Positions 28,290 to 37,809 of a stretch of DNA of 64,000 bases are shown here, piece after piece; the first letter of the stretch is position 1; every line of letters starts with the position of its first letter. Origin of the DNA: a virus; the IMG/VR virus record IMGVR_UViG_3300050016_000100, positions 9,145-73,144 of that record; one strand, written 5' to 3'. The position numbers were made by a program, and so were the translations under genes. Below the pieces are notes generated by a model. The model was not told where the DNA came from. It saw only the letters and a program-made list of their open reading frames with translations, and did no database searches.

Positions 28290-28938
28290 TTTCGGCATCC
28301 TGGTGTTGGGGTTATCCACAATGGAAATATCGCGTAACTCGCGCGGCATGTCCAGTAGCCCGCAGCGACTATTTTCCCTATGCTTCGAATCGTTCGGTTC
28401 GCCACGCAGCGGTCTCGACACCTACATCAAACGAAGGGCTAAGGCCCATTCAAGCATGAGCACCATAGCGAGGCAGACTGGACCGCCGGCAGCGGCGTCA
28501 CTGCTGCGACCTATTTGGCGGGCGTTCTGCATCTGGCGATCTCGCCGGGCTGCTGCCCGCGCCGTACGGGCGATGCACCGATGGAATCACCGCCGCGCAG
28601 CCCGTAACATTATCCTCGCATCGAAGTGGGAGCGCCGCGCATGACCGTCCGATGTTGGAAGCACAACATCGACATGGTCGTCGTGCGGCTCGATCACGGT
28701 AATCCAGTCCACCATTGTTCGGAGTGTGTGCGGATCGCACGCGAGAAGGTCGACGCCGTCTGCGCGGCATTTAGGGCGAAGGCGGGAAGATCCCGGCTCG
28801 GCGTTCGTCTTGCGGTTGACCAGAAACGACGAGCCTTGTAGAAACGCGGCAATCGCGAGAGTTGTCAGTAGTCGCGCCCGGACGTGCTTTGCGTATCCGC
28901 CCGGGCGCGCGTTCGTTTTCCAGGACCAACTGCCGCCA

Positions 28939-29478
28939 ATGGCCGACGATGCCCTCCGCTGGTACGCCGCCCGCGCCAAGCCTGGGCACGAGCGTGTCGC
29001 AATGGTGAATCTCGCGCGCCAAGACTTCCCCGCCTATTATCCGCAGATCACTATCGAGCGGCGCCGGCGCGACCGAATCGTGAACGACACCGAACCGCTT
29101 TTCCCTGGCTATATCCTGATCCAGTTCGAGCTCGCGGTGGGCGCGTGGAAAGCGATCAACGGAACGCGTGGGATAATTCGGCTGCTAGGTTTCGGCGACG
29201 AGGGCACGCCATCGCCGCTTCCGATCGGTGAGATCGAGCGGCTCCAGGACCGCGAAACATCCGGATCGCTGTGCGTTTCCGAGGTGGTGCGCATCAGCCG
29301 CGACGACGTCTGCCGGATCAAGTTCGGTAATGCCGTGGACAAGATCGGACCGGTGCTGCGCACCCGCGGCGAGCGGATCACGCTGCTTTTAGATTTACTC
29401 GGGCGCAAAGTTCCTGTAACGGTGCCAATGCACGCTCTCGAGGTTGTCCATCGGGCCGATTCACGCCCGATGCGGTAG
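28939..29478 (+). CDS. NusG/RfaH-family antiterminator
   Basis: WYA...PG.E..A..NL..Q, PLFPGYI, I..TRG...L, KOW-like C-terminus, LLGR. Confidence 0.88.
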   Translation: MADDALRWYAARAKPGHERVAMVNLARQDFPAYYPQITIERRRRDRIVNDTEPLFPGYILIQFELAVGAWKAINGTRGIIRLLGFGDEGTPSPLPIGEIERLQDRETSGSLCVSEVVRISRDDVCRIKFGNAVDKIGPVLRTRGERITLLLDLLGRKVPVTVPMHALEVVHRADSRPMR

Positions 29479-29591
29479 CCACTGACCGGAGAGAATCCAA
29501 TGCGCTAAGGAAACGCGCGCGGCGTAGGGCGAGAAGGGCCATGCCCAAGTCCGCGAATCATCTGAAGTGATTCATCGTCGCGCGCATCCTT
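29472..29591 (+). promoter_or_regulatory. ops-like site plus structured late leader
   Basis: GCGGTAGC at 29472; 10-bp stem 29515-24/29576-85 enclosing two hairpins. Confidence 0.45.
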
Positions 29592-29802
29592 CGGGGCCGG
29601 AACTAATAAGGCACTTTTAAGTGCTTTTTAAGTGCGAGTGCCGCGCCCACGAGTCCGAGAACATCCACCTACCCCCAAAACACACCTACGCAGTCGGGGT
29701 CAGCCATCTCGACGGCGTGGACGCGTCCCGTCCTCGGAACCGTCGCCCCCCGATGGGCGGGACGCACTTGAAAACTATTCGGAACAAAAGTAGCTTCGTG
29801 CA

Positions 29803-30273
29803 ATGCCACGAGCAGTTAAGGGCCAAAGGTTCGGCGGGCGCCTGAAGGGCGTGCCGAACAAAGCGACTATCGAGAGGGCGCTTCTCGCTGAGCGCGCGAT
29901 TGCTGAGGCGAAGGCCAATGCGAAGCCGCTCGCGCGAGAAGTCCTCGATCAGTTCATGCAGCTTTTCGCCGGGATGGCAGCGCATCACCAGCCGATGCCG
30001 GCAGGCCAGATGGCGCCACCGGATCGGAATCCGGATGAGACGAAGTTCGAGAAGTGGGCGCGGCTCGCCGTTCAATGCGCGAAGGACCTCGCGCCTTACC
30101 AGAGCCCGACGTTCCGCGCGATTGTGGTGGCGCCGACGCCTGAAAGCCCGAGGGGCAAGATCACGCGGTTTACGCTCGAGATATTTGATCGCACCGGACG
30201 CGGGCCGATCAAAGGGGCGAATGGCGCAGCCGGTAATGGAAAGGTGATCGAGCACGAGGCTGACGCATGGTGA
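29803..30273 (+). CDS. Terminase small subunit (probable)
   Basis: GGRLKGVPNKAT and AKDLAPYQSP motifs; upstream of TerL. Confidence 0.7.
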   Translation: MPRAVKGQRFGGRLKGVPNKATIERALLAERAIAEAKANAKPLAREVLDQFMQLFAGMAAHHQPMPAGQMAPPDRNPDETKFEKWARLAVQCAKDLAPYQSPTFRAIVVAPTPESPRGKITRFTLEIFDRTGRGPIKGANGAAGNGKVIEHEADAW

Positions 30274-30602
30274 ATTGGCAGTTTGAGATCGGCAAGCAAG
30301 TCGTCTGCATCAAAAAAGATGGCGACTGGACATGGGAGCCGCCCGAGATCGCGGCTGGATGTCGAGGGCCACTCCACGGCGATGTGCTGACGATCCGATC
30401 CATCAAGAATCATGAGCTCGGCGCGATCGGCATCGCTTTACAATTCTATGAGATCGTCAATCCGCCAGTGAAGTATTTGAACGGCGATCACGAGTGTCTA
30501 TTTGACGCCGTTTACTTTCGACCTGTGAGGCGCACGGACATCTCCGAACTCCGCAAGCTGACGGTTCCGCGGCCGTCGGTGCGAGTGGCGGAGGACGCAT
30601 AG
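30267..30602 (+). CDS. Hypothetical protein, paralog of 4972-5301
   Basis: VVCI, EIVNP, FRPV..TDIS. Confidence 0.7.
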   Translation: MVNWQFEIGKQVVCIKKDGDWTWEPPEIAAGCRGPLHGDVLTIRSIKNHELGAIGIALQFYEIVNPPVKYLNGDHECLFDAVYFRPVRRTDISELRKLTVPRPSVRVAEDA

Positions 30603-31861
30603 TGGCCATTGCTGCGGACGAGCATCTGCTCAAATACAGCCGGCCGTTCCTTTACCCGAAACAGCGGGCCGCAATCTTCGACGCCAGGCGTTATTCGATC
30701 ACCGAAGCATCGACAAAGTCCGGTAAGACTTCGGGTGCAATCGTCTGGATCACCGAGATGGCATTCGCTGGCTGTGCCGGGTGGAATTACTGGTGGGTTG
30801 CACCGGTCAGCGGCCAGGCCGACATCGCCTTCCGCCGATGCTTGCGCGCGATCCCGCGCGAGCTCGCGACACCGAACATCACGCTCAAGACGATCACGCT
30901 CGTCAACGGCGCGATCATCTGGTTCAAGTCCGGCGACAAGCCCGACTCGCTCTACGGCGAGGACGTCTACGCCGCCGTAGTCGACGAGGCCTCCCGCACG
31001 AAGGAGGATGCGTGGTACGCGCTGCGTACAACGCTGACCGCCACGCGCGGGCCGGTCCGGATCATCGGCAACGTCAAGGGGCGCCGGAACTGGTTCTTTC
31101 AGATGGCGCGGCGGGCAGAGGCCGGAGCGCCCGACATGGGCTACCATAAGCTGGTCGCGGCTGACGCTATCGAAGCCGGCGTTCTCGATGCCGACGAGGT
31201 CGAAGACGCGCGGCGCAATTTGCCGGACCGGGTGTTCCGCGAACTCTATCTCGCCGAGCCATCGGATGACGAAGGCAACCCGTTCGGCCTTGCGGCCATC
31301 GCCGAGTGCATACAGCCACTTCAACCTGGCGTTCCTACCGTATGGGGGTGGGACCTCGCGAAGCACGTCGACTGGACCGTGGGCATCGCGTTCGACAAGC
31401 AAGGGCAGACCTGCCGGTTCGATCGTTTTCAGATGCCGTGGGACGAGACGATGACGAGAATCCACGCCGCGACCGGCCGCACCCCGGCGCTGGTGGATTC
31501 CACCGGTGTCGGCGATCCGATTGTCGAGATGCTGCAGAAGAAACCAGGATCGAAGTTCGAGGGCTACGGCTTCACCGGCCCATCGAAGCAGAAACTAATG
31601 GAAGGCCTGGCGGTCGCGATCCAATCGAAGTCGATCACGTTTCCGGCCGGACCGATCACCCTCGAGCTCGAGCAATTCGAATATGAATACACCAAGACCG
31701 GCGTGCGCTATGGTGCGCCGGAGGGTTTTCACGATGACTGCGTCTGCGCGCTCGCGCTCGCGGTCATGCACAAGGGACACGCGCGGATGCCGATGAAGAT
31801 CAGCAACGAAGCCATCGCGCGCGCCCACCGCGGCGGTTTGCGTGGAGCGCTGCGACCGTGA
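30602..31861 (+). CDS. terL: Terminase large subunit
   Basis: KSGKT Walker A, WVAP, VVDEA Walker B, GWDLA, DSTGVG, HDDCV. Confidence 0.93.
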   Translation: MAIAADEHLLKYSRPFLYPKQRAAIFDARRYSITEASTKSGKTSGAIVWITEMAFAGCAGWNYWWVAPVSGQADIAFRRCLRAIPRELATPNITLKTITLVNGAIIWFKSGDKPDSLYGEDVYAAVVDEASRTKEDAWYALRTTLTATRGPVRIIGNVKGRRNWFFQMARRAEAGAPDMGYHKLVAADAIEAGVLDADEVEDARRNLPDRVFRELYLAEPSDDEGNPFGLAAIAECIQPLQPGVPTVWGWDLAKHVDWTVGIAFDKQGQTCRFDRFQMPWDETMTRIHAATGRTPALVDSTGVGDPIVEMLQKKPGSKFEGYGFTGPSKQKLMEGLAVAIQSKSITFPAGPITLELEQFEYEYTKTGVRYGAPEGFHDDCVCALALAVMHKGHARMPMKISNEAIARAHRGGLRGALRP

Positions 31862-33447
31862 AACGCAAGAACGTCGAGCAGCTGGTATTCGATGTCGTGG
31901 CGAAGATCGACGCCAAACGCGAAAAGGCTGCGCCGGCATCGGAGCCCGCGCCAGTAAAGGCCGCGCGCAAGCCGGTCAAGATCGGCGACATCGCGCTCGG
32001 TCGCGCCAAGGCGAATCGTCGTCGCGCCATCAATCCGTTCATCCTGGCGAACCATCCGCCGAGCGTCTTTCCTAAGGGCGTCAAGCCCACGATGGCGCAG
32101 GATAAGGCGATTAACGATTCGCTGGACTGGGCGGCACAGTCGATTCAGTCCGGGTTATTCGAGGAAGGGCTCGCGTTCCTGGGTTACCCGTACCTGGCCG
32201 AGCTCGCGCAGCGGGCGGAGTATCGCGTCATCAGCGAGACGCTCGCGACCGAGGCCACGCGCAAGTGGATTAAGATCGAGGCCGCCGGCGATACCGACAA
32301 GACCGATGAGATCAAGGCGATCGAGGCCGAGTTCGTCCGGCTCAAGGTCCAGGACATATTCCGCGAAATATCGGAACAGGACGGATTCTTCGGTCGCAGC
32401 CATCTCTACATCGACACGGGCGAGGGCGACGATCGCAAGGAACTCATCACGCCGATCGGTGACGGTCGCAATGACGTCACCACGGCGAAGTTCAAGAAGG
32501 GATCGCTTACTCGACTCAAGGCAGTCGAGCCGGTGTGGTGCTACCCGGCCCGGTACAATTCGAACGATCCGCTCGCGGTCGACTGGTACAAGCCCGAGTC
32601 GTGGTTCGTGATGGGCAAGGAACTCCACGCCTCGCGCCTGCTGACATTCGTCGGTCGCGAGGTGCCGGACATGCTCAAGCCGGCGTATTCGTTCGGCGGT
32701 CTGTCAATGTCGCAGATGGCGAAGCCTACCGTCGACAACTGGCTTCGCACACGGGCGAGCGTTTCGGACCTCATCAAAGCGTTCTCGGTGATGGTGATAT
32801 CGACCGATATGAGCGAGGTCCTATCTGGTGGTGGCGATGAGTTCTTCAGGCGCCTCGATTTTTTCAATGCGAACCGCGACAACAACGGCATCATGGCGGT
32901 TAACAAGGATTCCGAGGAACTCACAAACGTTTCGGCCCCGCTCGGCACGCTCGACACTCTTCAGGCGCAATCGCAGGAGCACATGGCGTCGGTGAGCCGA
33001 ACGCCTATCGTCAAGCTGCTCGGTATCCAGCCGGCGGGCCTGAATGCGTCGTCGGAAGGCGAGATCAAGACCTGGGACGACTGGGTTGCGGCCTACCAGC
33101 AGCGTTTCTTCCTCGAGCCGCTCACCCGGATTCTTGGGTTCGCGCAGATGAACTTGTACGGCAAGGTCGATCCGGACATCACAATCGCATTCGAACCGCT
33201 CAGGCAGATGACCGAGAAGGAGATCGGCGAGATCGACAAGGCCGAGGCCGAGGCGGACCAGATTCGCATCGACACCGGGGTGATCTCGGCCGAGGAAGCG
33301 CGCAGGGCGCTCGCGGCGAAGGAAGACTCTCGTTATGCCGGCATCGACGTCGAAGACGTCCCGGACCTCAAGGAAGAGGAAGCCGAGGGTCTCCAGCCGA
33401 AAGGCCAGAAAGGCTCCGGCGGTGAGGGCGGAGACGATGGCGATTAA
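31858..33447 (+). CDS. Portal protein (DUF1073-type)
   Basis: Follows TerL; P.VKLLG..PAGLNASSEGE motif. Confidence 0.88.
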   Translation: MKRKNVEQLVFDVVAKIDAKREKAAPASEPAPVKAARKPVKIGDIALGRAKANRRRAINPFILANHPPSVFPKGVKPTMAQDKAINDSLDWAAQSIQSGLFEEGLAFLGYPYLAELAQRAEYRVISETLATEATRKWIKIEAAGDTDKTDEIKAIEAEFVRLKVQDIFREISEQDGFFGRSHLYIDTGEGDDRKELITPIGDGRNDVTTAKFKKGSLTRLKAVEPVWCYPARYNSNDPLAVDWYKPESWFVMGKELHASRLLTFVGREVPDMLKPAYSFGGLSMSQMAKPTVDNWLRTRASVSDLIKAFSVMVISTDMSEVLSGGGDEFFRRLDFFNANRDNNGIMAVNKDSEELTNVSAPLGTLDTLQAQSQEHMASVSRTPIVKLLGIQPAGLNASSEGEIKTWDDWVAAYQQRFFLEPLTRILGFAQMNLYGKVDPDITIAFEPLRQMTEKEIGEIDKAEAEADQIRIDTGVISAEEARRALAAKEDSRYAGIDVEDVPDLKEEEAEGLQPKGQKGSGGEGGDDGD

Positions 33448-34324
33448 ACTCCGCGAACCAGACCTTAACGACATGTATCAGCGGCCCTATATGGCGCCGC
33501 GCCCGGCCACCGCACCGATCGCCAAGGACGCCGCCCCGCGAAAGAAGGGGGCAACCGTTCTTCCTTCGGTCCAGCCGAACGTCGGCATCGAGGCAGCCTA
33601 CCGCAGGCGCATGTATGCGCTGATCGAGGCGATGCACAACTCGATCATCTATTGGATCAAGGCAGCCTACAAAAAGAACGCGCCGGCGATCGCCCAGGAT
33701 ACTGCGGCCGACGAGCTGCGGATCGCCATGCGCAAGCTCGCGCGGCAGTGGCGCAAGAACTTCGATGAGGCAGCCCCGGAGCTCGCCGATTACTTCGCGA
33801 CGGAAGCGTCTGAGCGGTCAGATGGCTCGCTGCGGTCAATCCTGCGGCGGGCCGGCATGTCGGTCAGGTTCAAGATGACGGCCGCAGCGCGCGACATAAT
33901 GGACGCGACGATCAATGCGCAGGTTGGGCTGATCCGGTCGATCTCGCAGGAATACCTCACCGCCGTCGAGGGCATCGTCATGCGATCGGTCCAGACCGGG
34001 GGCGATCTCGGGCAGCTATCGCAGGATTTACAGGCGCAGTTCGGCGTTACGAAACGCCGCGCCGCGCTGATCGCGCGCCACCAGAACAACATGGCGACGT
34101 CCGCAATGACCCGCGCGCGCCAGCAGGAGCTCGGGCTCAATACCGCCCGCTGGCGGCATAGCCACGCTGGCAAGGAACCCCGCCCGACGCACGTTGCTAT
34201 GGACGGGAAGACCTATGACGTGCGAAAGGGAATGTGGGACCCCGCGGAAGGGCGCCGCGTGTGGCCGGGCGAACTAATAAACTGCCGATGCACGTCGCAG
34301 ACGGTGGTGCCGGGATTCGGATAA
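33437..34324 (+). CDS. Head morphogenesis protein (MuF/SPP1 gp7-like)
   Basis: RA.LIAR.Q, PRPTH..DG, PGELINCRC. Confidence 0.88.
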   Translation: MAIKLREPDLNDMYQRPYMAPRPATAPIAKDAAPRKKGATVLPSVQPNVGIEAAYRRRMYALIEAMHNSIIYWIKAAYKKNAPAIAQDTAADELRIAMRKLARQWRKNFDEAAPELADYFATEASERSDGSLRSILRRAGMSVRFKMTAAARDIMDATINAQVGLIRSISQEYLTAVEGIVMRSVQTGGDLGQLSQDLQAQFGVTKRRAALIARHQNNMATSAMTRARQQELGLNTARWRHSHAGKEPRPTHVAMDGKTYDVRKGMWDPAEGRRVWPGELINCRCTSQTVVPGFG

Positions 34325-34675
34325 ATGCCTACGCTGCGAACGCTCGACGCGACCTTCATCAAACACGAAGTGCGGGACGGTCACGACTATCACGTTCACG
34401 TCGACCGGATCGAAGACGCCCAGGGCGTCCAGTTCCTATGCCCGAAGTGTTTCGTGGCTAATGGCGGCGCTGTCGGCACCCACCAGGTCATCTGCTGGTC
34501 GCGCAGCCGCGGTGTGCCTGACGAGGTCCGCCCGCAGCCCGGTAGGTGGAAGATCGACGGCACCAGCATCGATGACCTGACCCTGAACGCCGATCCGCCG
34601 GCGACGCAGCGATCAGTTGCGATCACTGGCGGGTGTGGGTGGCACGGCCACGTCACGAACGGAGCCGCAGAATGA
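34325..34675 (+). CDS. DUF6527-like Cys/His protein
   Basis: FLCPKC...W...G...LTL...S...GCGWHG.VTNG. Confidence 0.5.
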   Translation: MPTLRTLDATFIKHEVRDGHDYHVHVDRIEDAQGVQFLCPKCFVANGGAVGTHQVICWSRSRGVPDEVRPQPGRWKIDGTSIDDLTLNADPPATQRSVAITGGCGWHGHVTNGAAE

Positions 34676-34863
34676 TGGCGCGCATGATCATCGATCAGAA
34701 TGGCTACTTCGCCGCTCCGCCGGCACTCATCGGCGCAACCGACGCGGAGATCGTCGCCATGTACGAAAACAGGCTGCCGGCTGATCGCGCGACTGTGATC
34801 GCCAACGGTCTTCTGAGCGCTGCGATCGCGCTCAACAACACGCAACCCGCAGGACGATGCTGA
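34672..34863 (+). CDS. Hypothetical protein
   Basis: GGAG RBS; ATGA overlap. Confidence 0.5.
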   Translation: MMARMIIDQNGYFAAPPALIGATDAEIVAMYENRLPADRATVIANGLLSAAIALNNTQPAGRC

Positions 34864-34864
34864 C

Positions 34865-36826
34865 GTGACGACGATTGCGACTGACCCTCCAGTATCTGAG
34901 AAACAGCGCCGCGCGATGTTCGCCGCACGCGAGGGCCGCAGCACGCTGGGGATTCCGAAGAAGGTCGGCGAGGAGTTCGTCGGTAGCAAGGACGCCAAGC
35001 CCGCGGCTGGGGTCGCCATCACCGGCCCAGGAAACACGGCGCTGTTCCTGAAGCGGGCGCGCACTGCCGATCATCCGGGCGAATGGTGCTGGCCTGGTGG
35101 CGGCATCGAGGCAGGAGAGAAGCCGGAGGATGCGGCCCGCCGCGAGACCGCCGAGGAAACCGGATATAAACTGAACGGCATCAAGCCAATTCATCGCGCG
35201 ATCAGCGACGATGGCGTCGACTTCACGACCTTTCACCAAGACGTCGGCGAACATTTCGTCCCGAAGGTCAATGACGAACATGCCGGATGGGCGTGGGCGT
35301 CGATGAGCGACCCGCCGCAGCCGCTTCACCCAGGCGTCAAGGCGATGCTCGAGAAGGTTACGAAGGACGCGGACGTGCGTGCCCATGATCAGGCACTCGC
35401 CCTCGATCGCTCGTCGGTCCGGTCATACGATAAGGATGGCCGGATGCGCGTCGAACGCGCGCACATCAGTAAGGCGAACGTCTGCCCGTATAACGGCAGC
35501 GAGATCCCGGATTACGAGGCGCTCGGTCTCGATCCGAACAAAGTCTACCAGCTATTCCGCGATCCGGACGAGCTCGCCAAGGCGGCGCCGACGTTCAACG
35601 GAATCCAGCTCCTGCTCAAACACGTCCCGGTCAACGCGGACGATCACCAGCCAGACCTGGTCGTCGGCACGACGGCGACCGGCGCGGAGTTCAATGCTCC
35701 GTACCTCGACAATGGTCTCATCGTCTGGGTGCGTGAAGGCATCGATGCAATCGAATCCGAGAAGCAGAAGGAACTGTCCAGCGCGTATCGCTACCGCGCC
35801 GACATGACGCCGGGCGCCTATCAAGGCGTCCCCTACGATGGCGTCATGCGGGACATCGTCGGAAACCACGTAGCGCTCGTAGAAGAAGGCAGAGCCGGGG
35901 CCGATGTGGTCGTCGGCGATGCCGCCACCCAAAAACTAGAGGAGCTATTCATGACGAAGCCTGTCGTGCTGTCACGCAAGGCGGCGATGGTTCAGGGGGC
36001 GCTCGCCGTCTACCTGAAGCCGAAGCTCGCCAACGACGCGAAGATCGACCTGGTGCCGACGCTCAAGGATCTCACCAGTAAGAACTTCGCGGAAAAGAAA
36101 CCGGGGGTCATCACCAGCCTGAAGGAGATCACAAAGGACAAGCTCGCAAAGGACGCGAGCCTCGACGATGTGACCGGCCTGCTCGACGCGCTCGAGAAGG
36201 CTGAGATGGCCGAAGGCGATGCGACCGAGCCGAACTCCGGGCTTCCGCTTGTCGGCGGCAAGAAGGACGAGACGATGGACGCTGCCACCGAGTTCCTGAA
36301 GGGCAAGCTCTCATCCGACGACTTTTCCAAGTTCGAGGAGATGTCGAAGGAGAAGAAGGCTGGCGACGCGACCGAGACCCCTGAGGAAAAGGCGGCGCGC
36401 GAGGCCAAGGACAAGGCAGCGAAGGATGCCGCCGACAAAAAGGCGAAGGACGAGGCCGAAGCCGAGAAGGACAAGCCGACGAAAGCCGGCATGGACGCGG
36501 CGATCGCCAAGGCGACCCAGGACACCGAAGCACGCGTACTCAAGACCCAGCGCGATCTCCGGGAAGCCGAGGAAGCCGTCCGACCCTACGTCGGCAAGCT
36601 CGCCATCGCGCACGATAGCGCCGAGTCGGTCTACCGCACCGCGCTCACGACTCTCGGCGTCGACAAGGCGGACGTCGAAGGGCTCGCCATTGGCGGCCTG
36701 AAGGCGATCCTCAAGCAGATGCCGTTGGCCGATGCCAAGGACAAGAAGCCGATCGCGATGGATGCGTCGGCACTCAAAGACTTCAGCGCGCGTTATCCCG
36801 ACGCCGCGAAAATCACGCTCGGATAA
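34865..36826 (+). CDS. Nudix-DUF2213 (head maturation protease/scaffold) fusion
   Basis: Nudix box GGIEAGEKPEDAARRETAEETG; ELSSAY and NHVALVEEGRAG; acidic/Lys-rich scaffold tail. Confidence 0.85.
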   Translation: MTTIATDPPVSEKQRRAMFAAREGRSTLGIPKKVGEEFVGSKDAKPAAGVAITGPGNTALFLKRARTADHPGEWCWPGGGIEAGEKPEDAARRETAEETGYKLNGIKPIHRAISDDGVDFTTFHQDVGEHFVPKVNDEHAGWAWASMSDPPQPLHPGVKAMLEKVTKDADVRAHDQALALDRSSVRSYDKDGRMRVERAHISKANVCPYNGSEIPDYEALGLDPNKVYQLFRDPDELAKAAPTFNGIQLLLKHVPVNADDHQPDLVVGTTATGAEFNAPYLDNGLIVWVREGIDAIESEKQKELSSAYRYRADMTPGAYQGVPYDGVMRDIVGNHVALVEEGRAGADVVVGDAATQKLEELFMTKPVVLSRKAAMVQGALAVYLKPKLANDAKIDLVPTLKDLTSKNFAEKKPGVITSLKEITKDKLAKDASLDDVTGLLDALEKAEMAEGDATEPNSGLPLVGGKKDETMDAATEFLKGKLSSDDFSKFEEMSKEKKAGDATETPEEKAAREAKDKAAKDAADKKAKDEAEAEKDKPTKAGMDAAIAKATQDTEARVLKTQRDLREAEEAVRPYVGKLAIAHDSAESVYRTALTTLGVDKADVEGLAIGGLKAILKQMPLADAKDKKPIAMDASALKDFSARYPDAAKITLG

Positions 36827-36838
36827 GGAGAGACCCTC

Positions 36839-37795
36839 ATGGGTGACTTTCAGAAGCAAGTGAACGCGAACCAGGCTCCCGCGGTTGCGGGCGACTACGC
36901 CAGTTCGAATCCGCGATCCTCGGTTCTTGCCGGGGCTGGCGGACTCGTCGCCGGCGCCCCCGGCGTGACCGTCGGCCGATTCGCATGGCTGAGCTATGCG
37001 ACGAGCGACAACGACAATGCTCCGGCAACCGTCTTCAGCTTTGGTTCCGGACCCGTTGCAGGCATCGTGCCGCGGAAGCAGCAGGCGCTGATCACGAAGT
37101 ACCTCGCCTCGGCGAGTAACGTCATCGCCCCGGGCTTCGGCATGTGGCTCGATAGCTCCGGCGACTTCTGGATGCAAAATGACGGCATCACACCGGCGCT
37201 GATCGGCCAGAAGGCGTTCGCGAACTATGCGGACGGCAAGGCCATCTTCGCCGCCGCAGGCGCCACGCCCGCGACCGCGTCGGTCACCGGCACCGTTGCC
37301 GGCCAGACCGCGTCGGTCACCGGATCGATCCTGGGCAATCTGCTCACGGTCAGCGCGGTCGGCTCCGGTTCACTCGTTCCAGGTGCAGTCCTTGCTTCCG
37401 GTACGGCGGTCGCTACCGGCACGAAGATCGTGCAGCAGATGTCCGGCACCATCGGCGGCGTCGGCACTTACCTGGTCGACATTCCGAACCAGAACACCAC
37501 ACCTAACCTGACGATCACGGCCGCCTATGGCCTGCTGACTGTCTCGGCCGTCGGTTCGGGTGCTCTTGACGTTGGCGATGTCCTCGCGTCCGGAACTGCC
37601 ATCACTGCCGGCACGGTCATCACCGGCCTCGGCACTGGCACCGGCCTCACCGGCACTTACTACGTCAGCCAGGCGACCGACTCGACGCCTGGAATCACCA
37701 TCACCGCCGCGCGCGCCATCGAGACCAAGTGGTACGCGAGGTCAGCCGGGCTCCCGGGCGAGCTCGTCAAGATTTCCTCACAGCCGCTCGGCTAA
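36839..37795 (+). CDS. Head decoration/structural protein with two inserted G/S/T-rich domains
   Basis: Between protease and MCP; FQ..VN..APAVAGD.AS.NP, GDFW, ETKW motifs. Confidence 0.75.
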   Translation: MGDFQKQVNANQAPAVAGDYASSNPRSSVLAGAGGLVAGAPGVTVGRFAWLSYATSDNDNAPATVFSFGSGPVAGIVPRKQQALITKYLASASNVIAPGFGMWLDSSGDFWMQNDGITPALIGQKAFANYADGKAIFAAAGATPATASVTGTVAGQTASVTGSILGNLLTVSAVGSGSLVPGAVLASGTAVATGTKIVQQMSGTIGGVGTYLVDIPNQNTTPNLTITAAYGLLTVSAVGSGALDVGDVLASGTAITAGTVITGLGTGTGLTGTYYVSQATDSTPGITITAARAIETKWYARSAGLPGELVKISSQPLG

Positions 37796-37809
37796 AGGAG
37801 CAACGCATC

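Noticed and set aside
28312-28320. Perfect DnaA box TTATCCACA
   Set aside because: Single copy; a 9-mer can occur by chance in 64 kb and there is no origin-like cluster
29480-29800. tRNA gene in the late leader
   Set aside because: No T-loop GTTCRA or cloverleaf recognised
31858-33447. Anti-CBASS Acb1 label sometimes given to DUF1073 proteins
   Set aside because: Size and position indicate a portal; no extra 2H phosphodiesterase domain is evident
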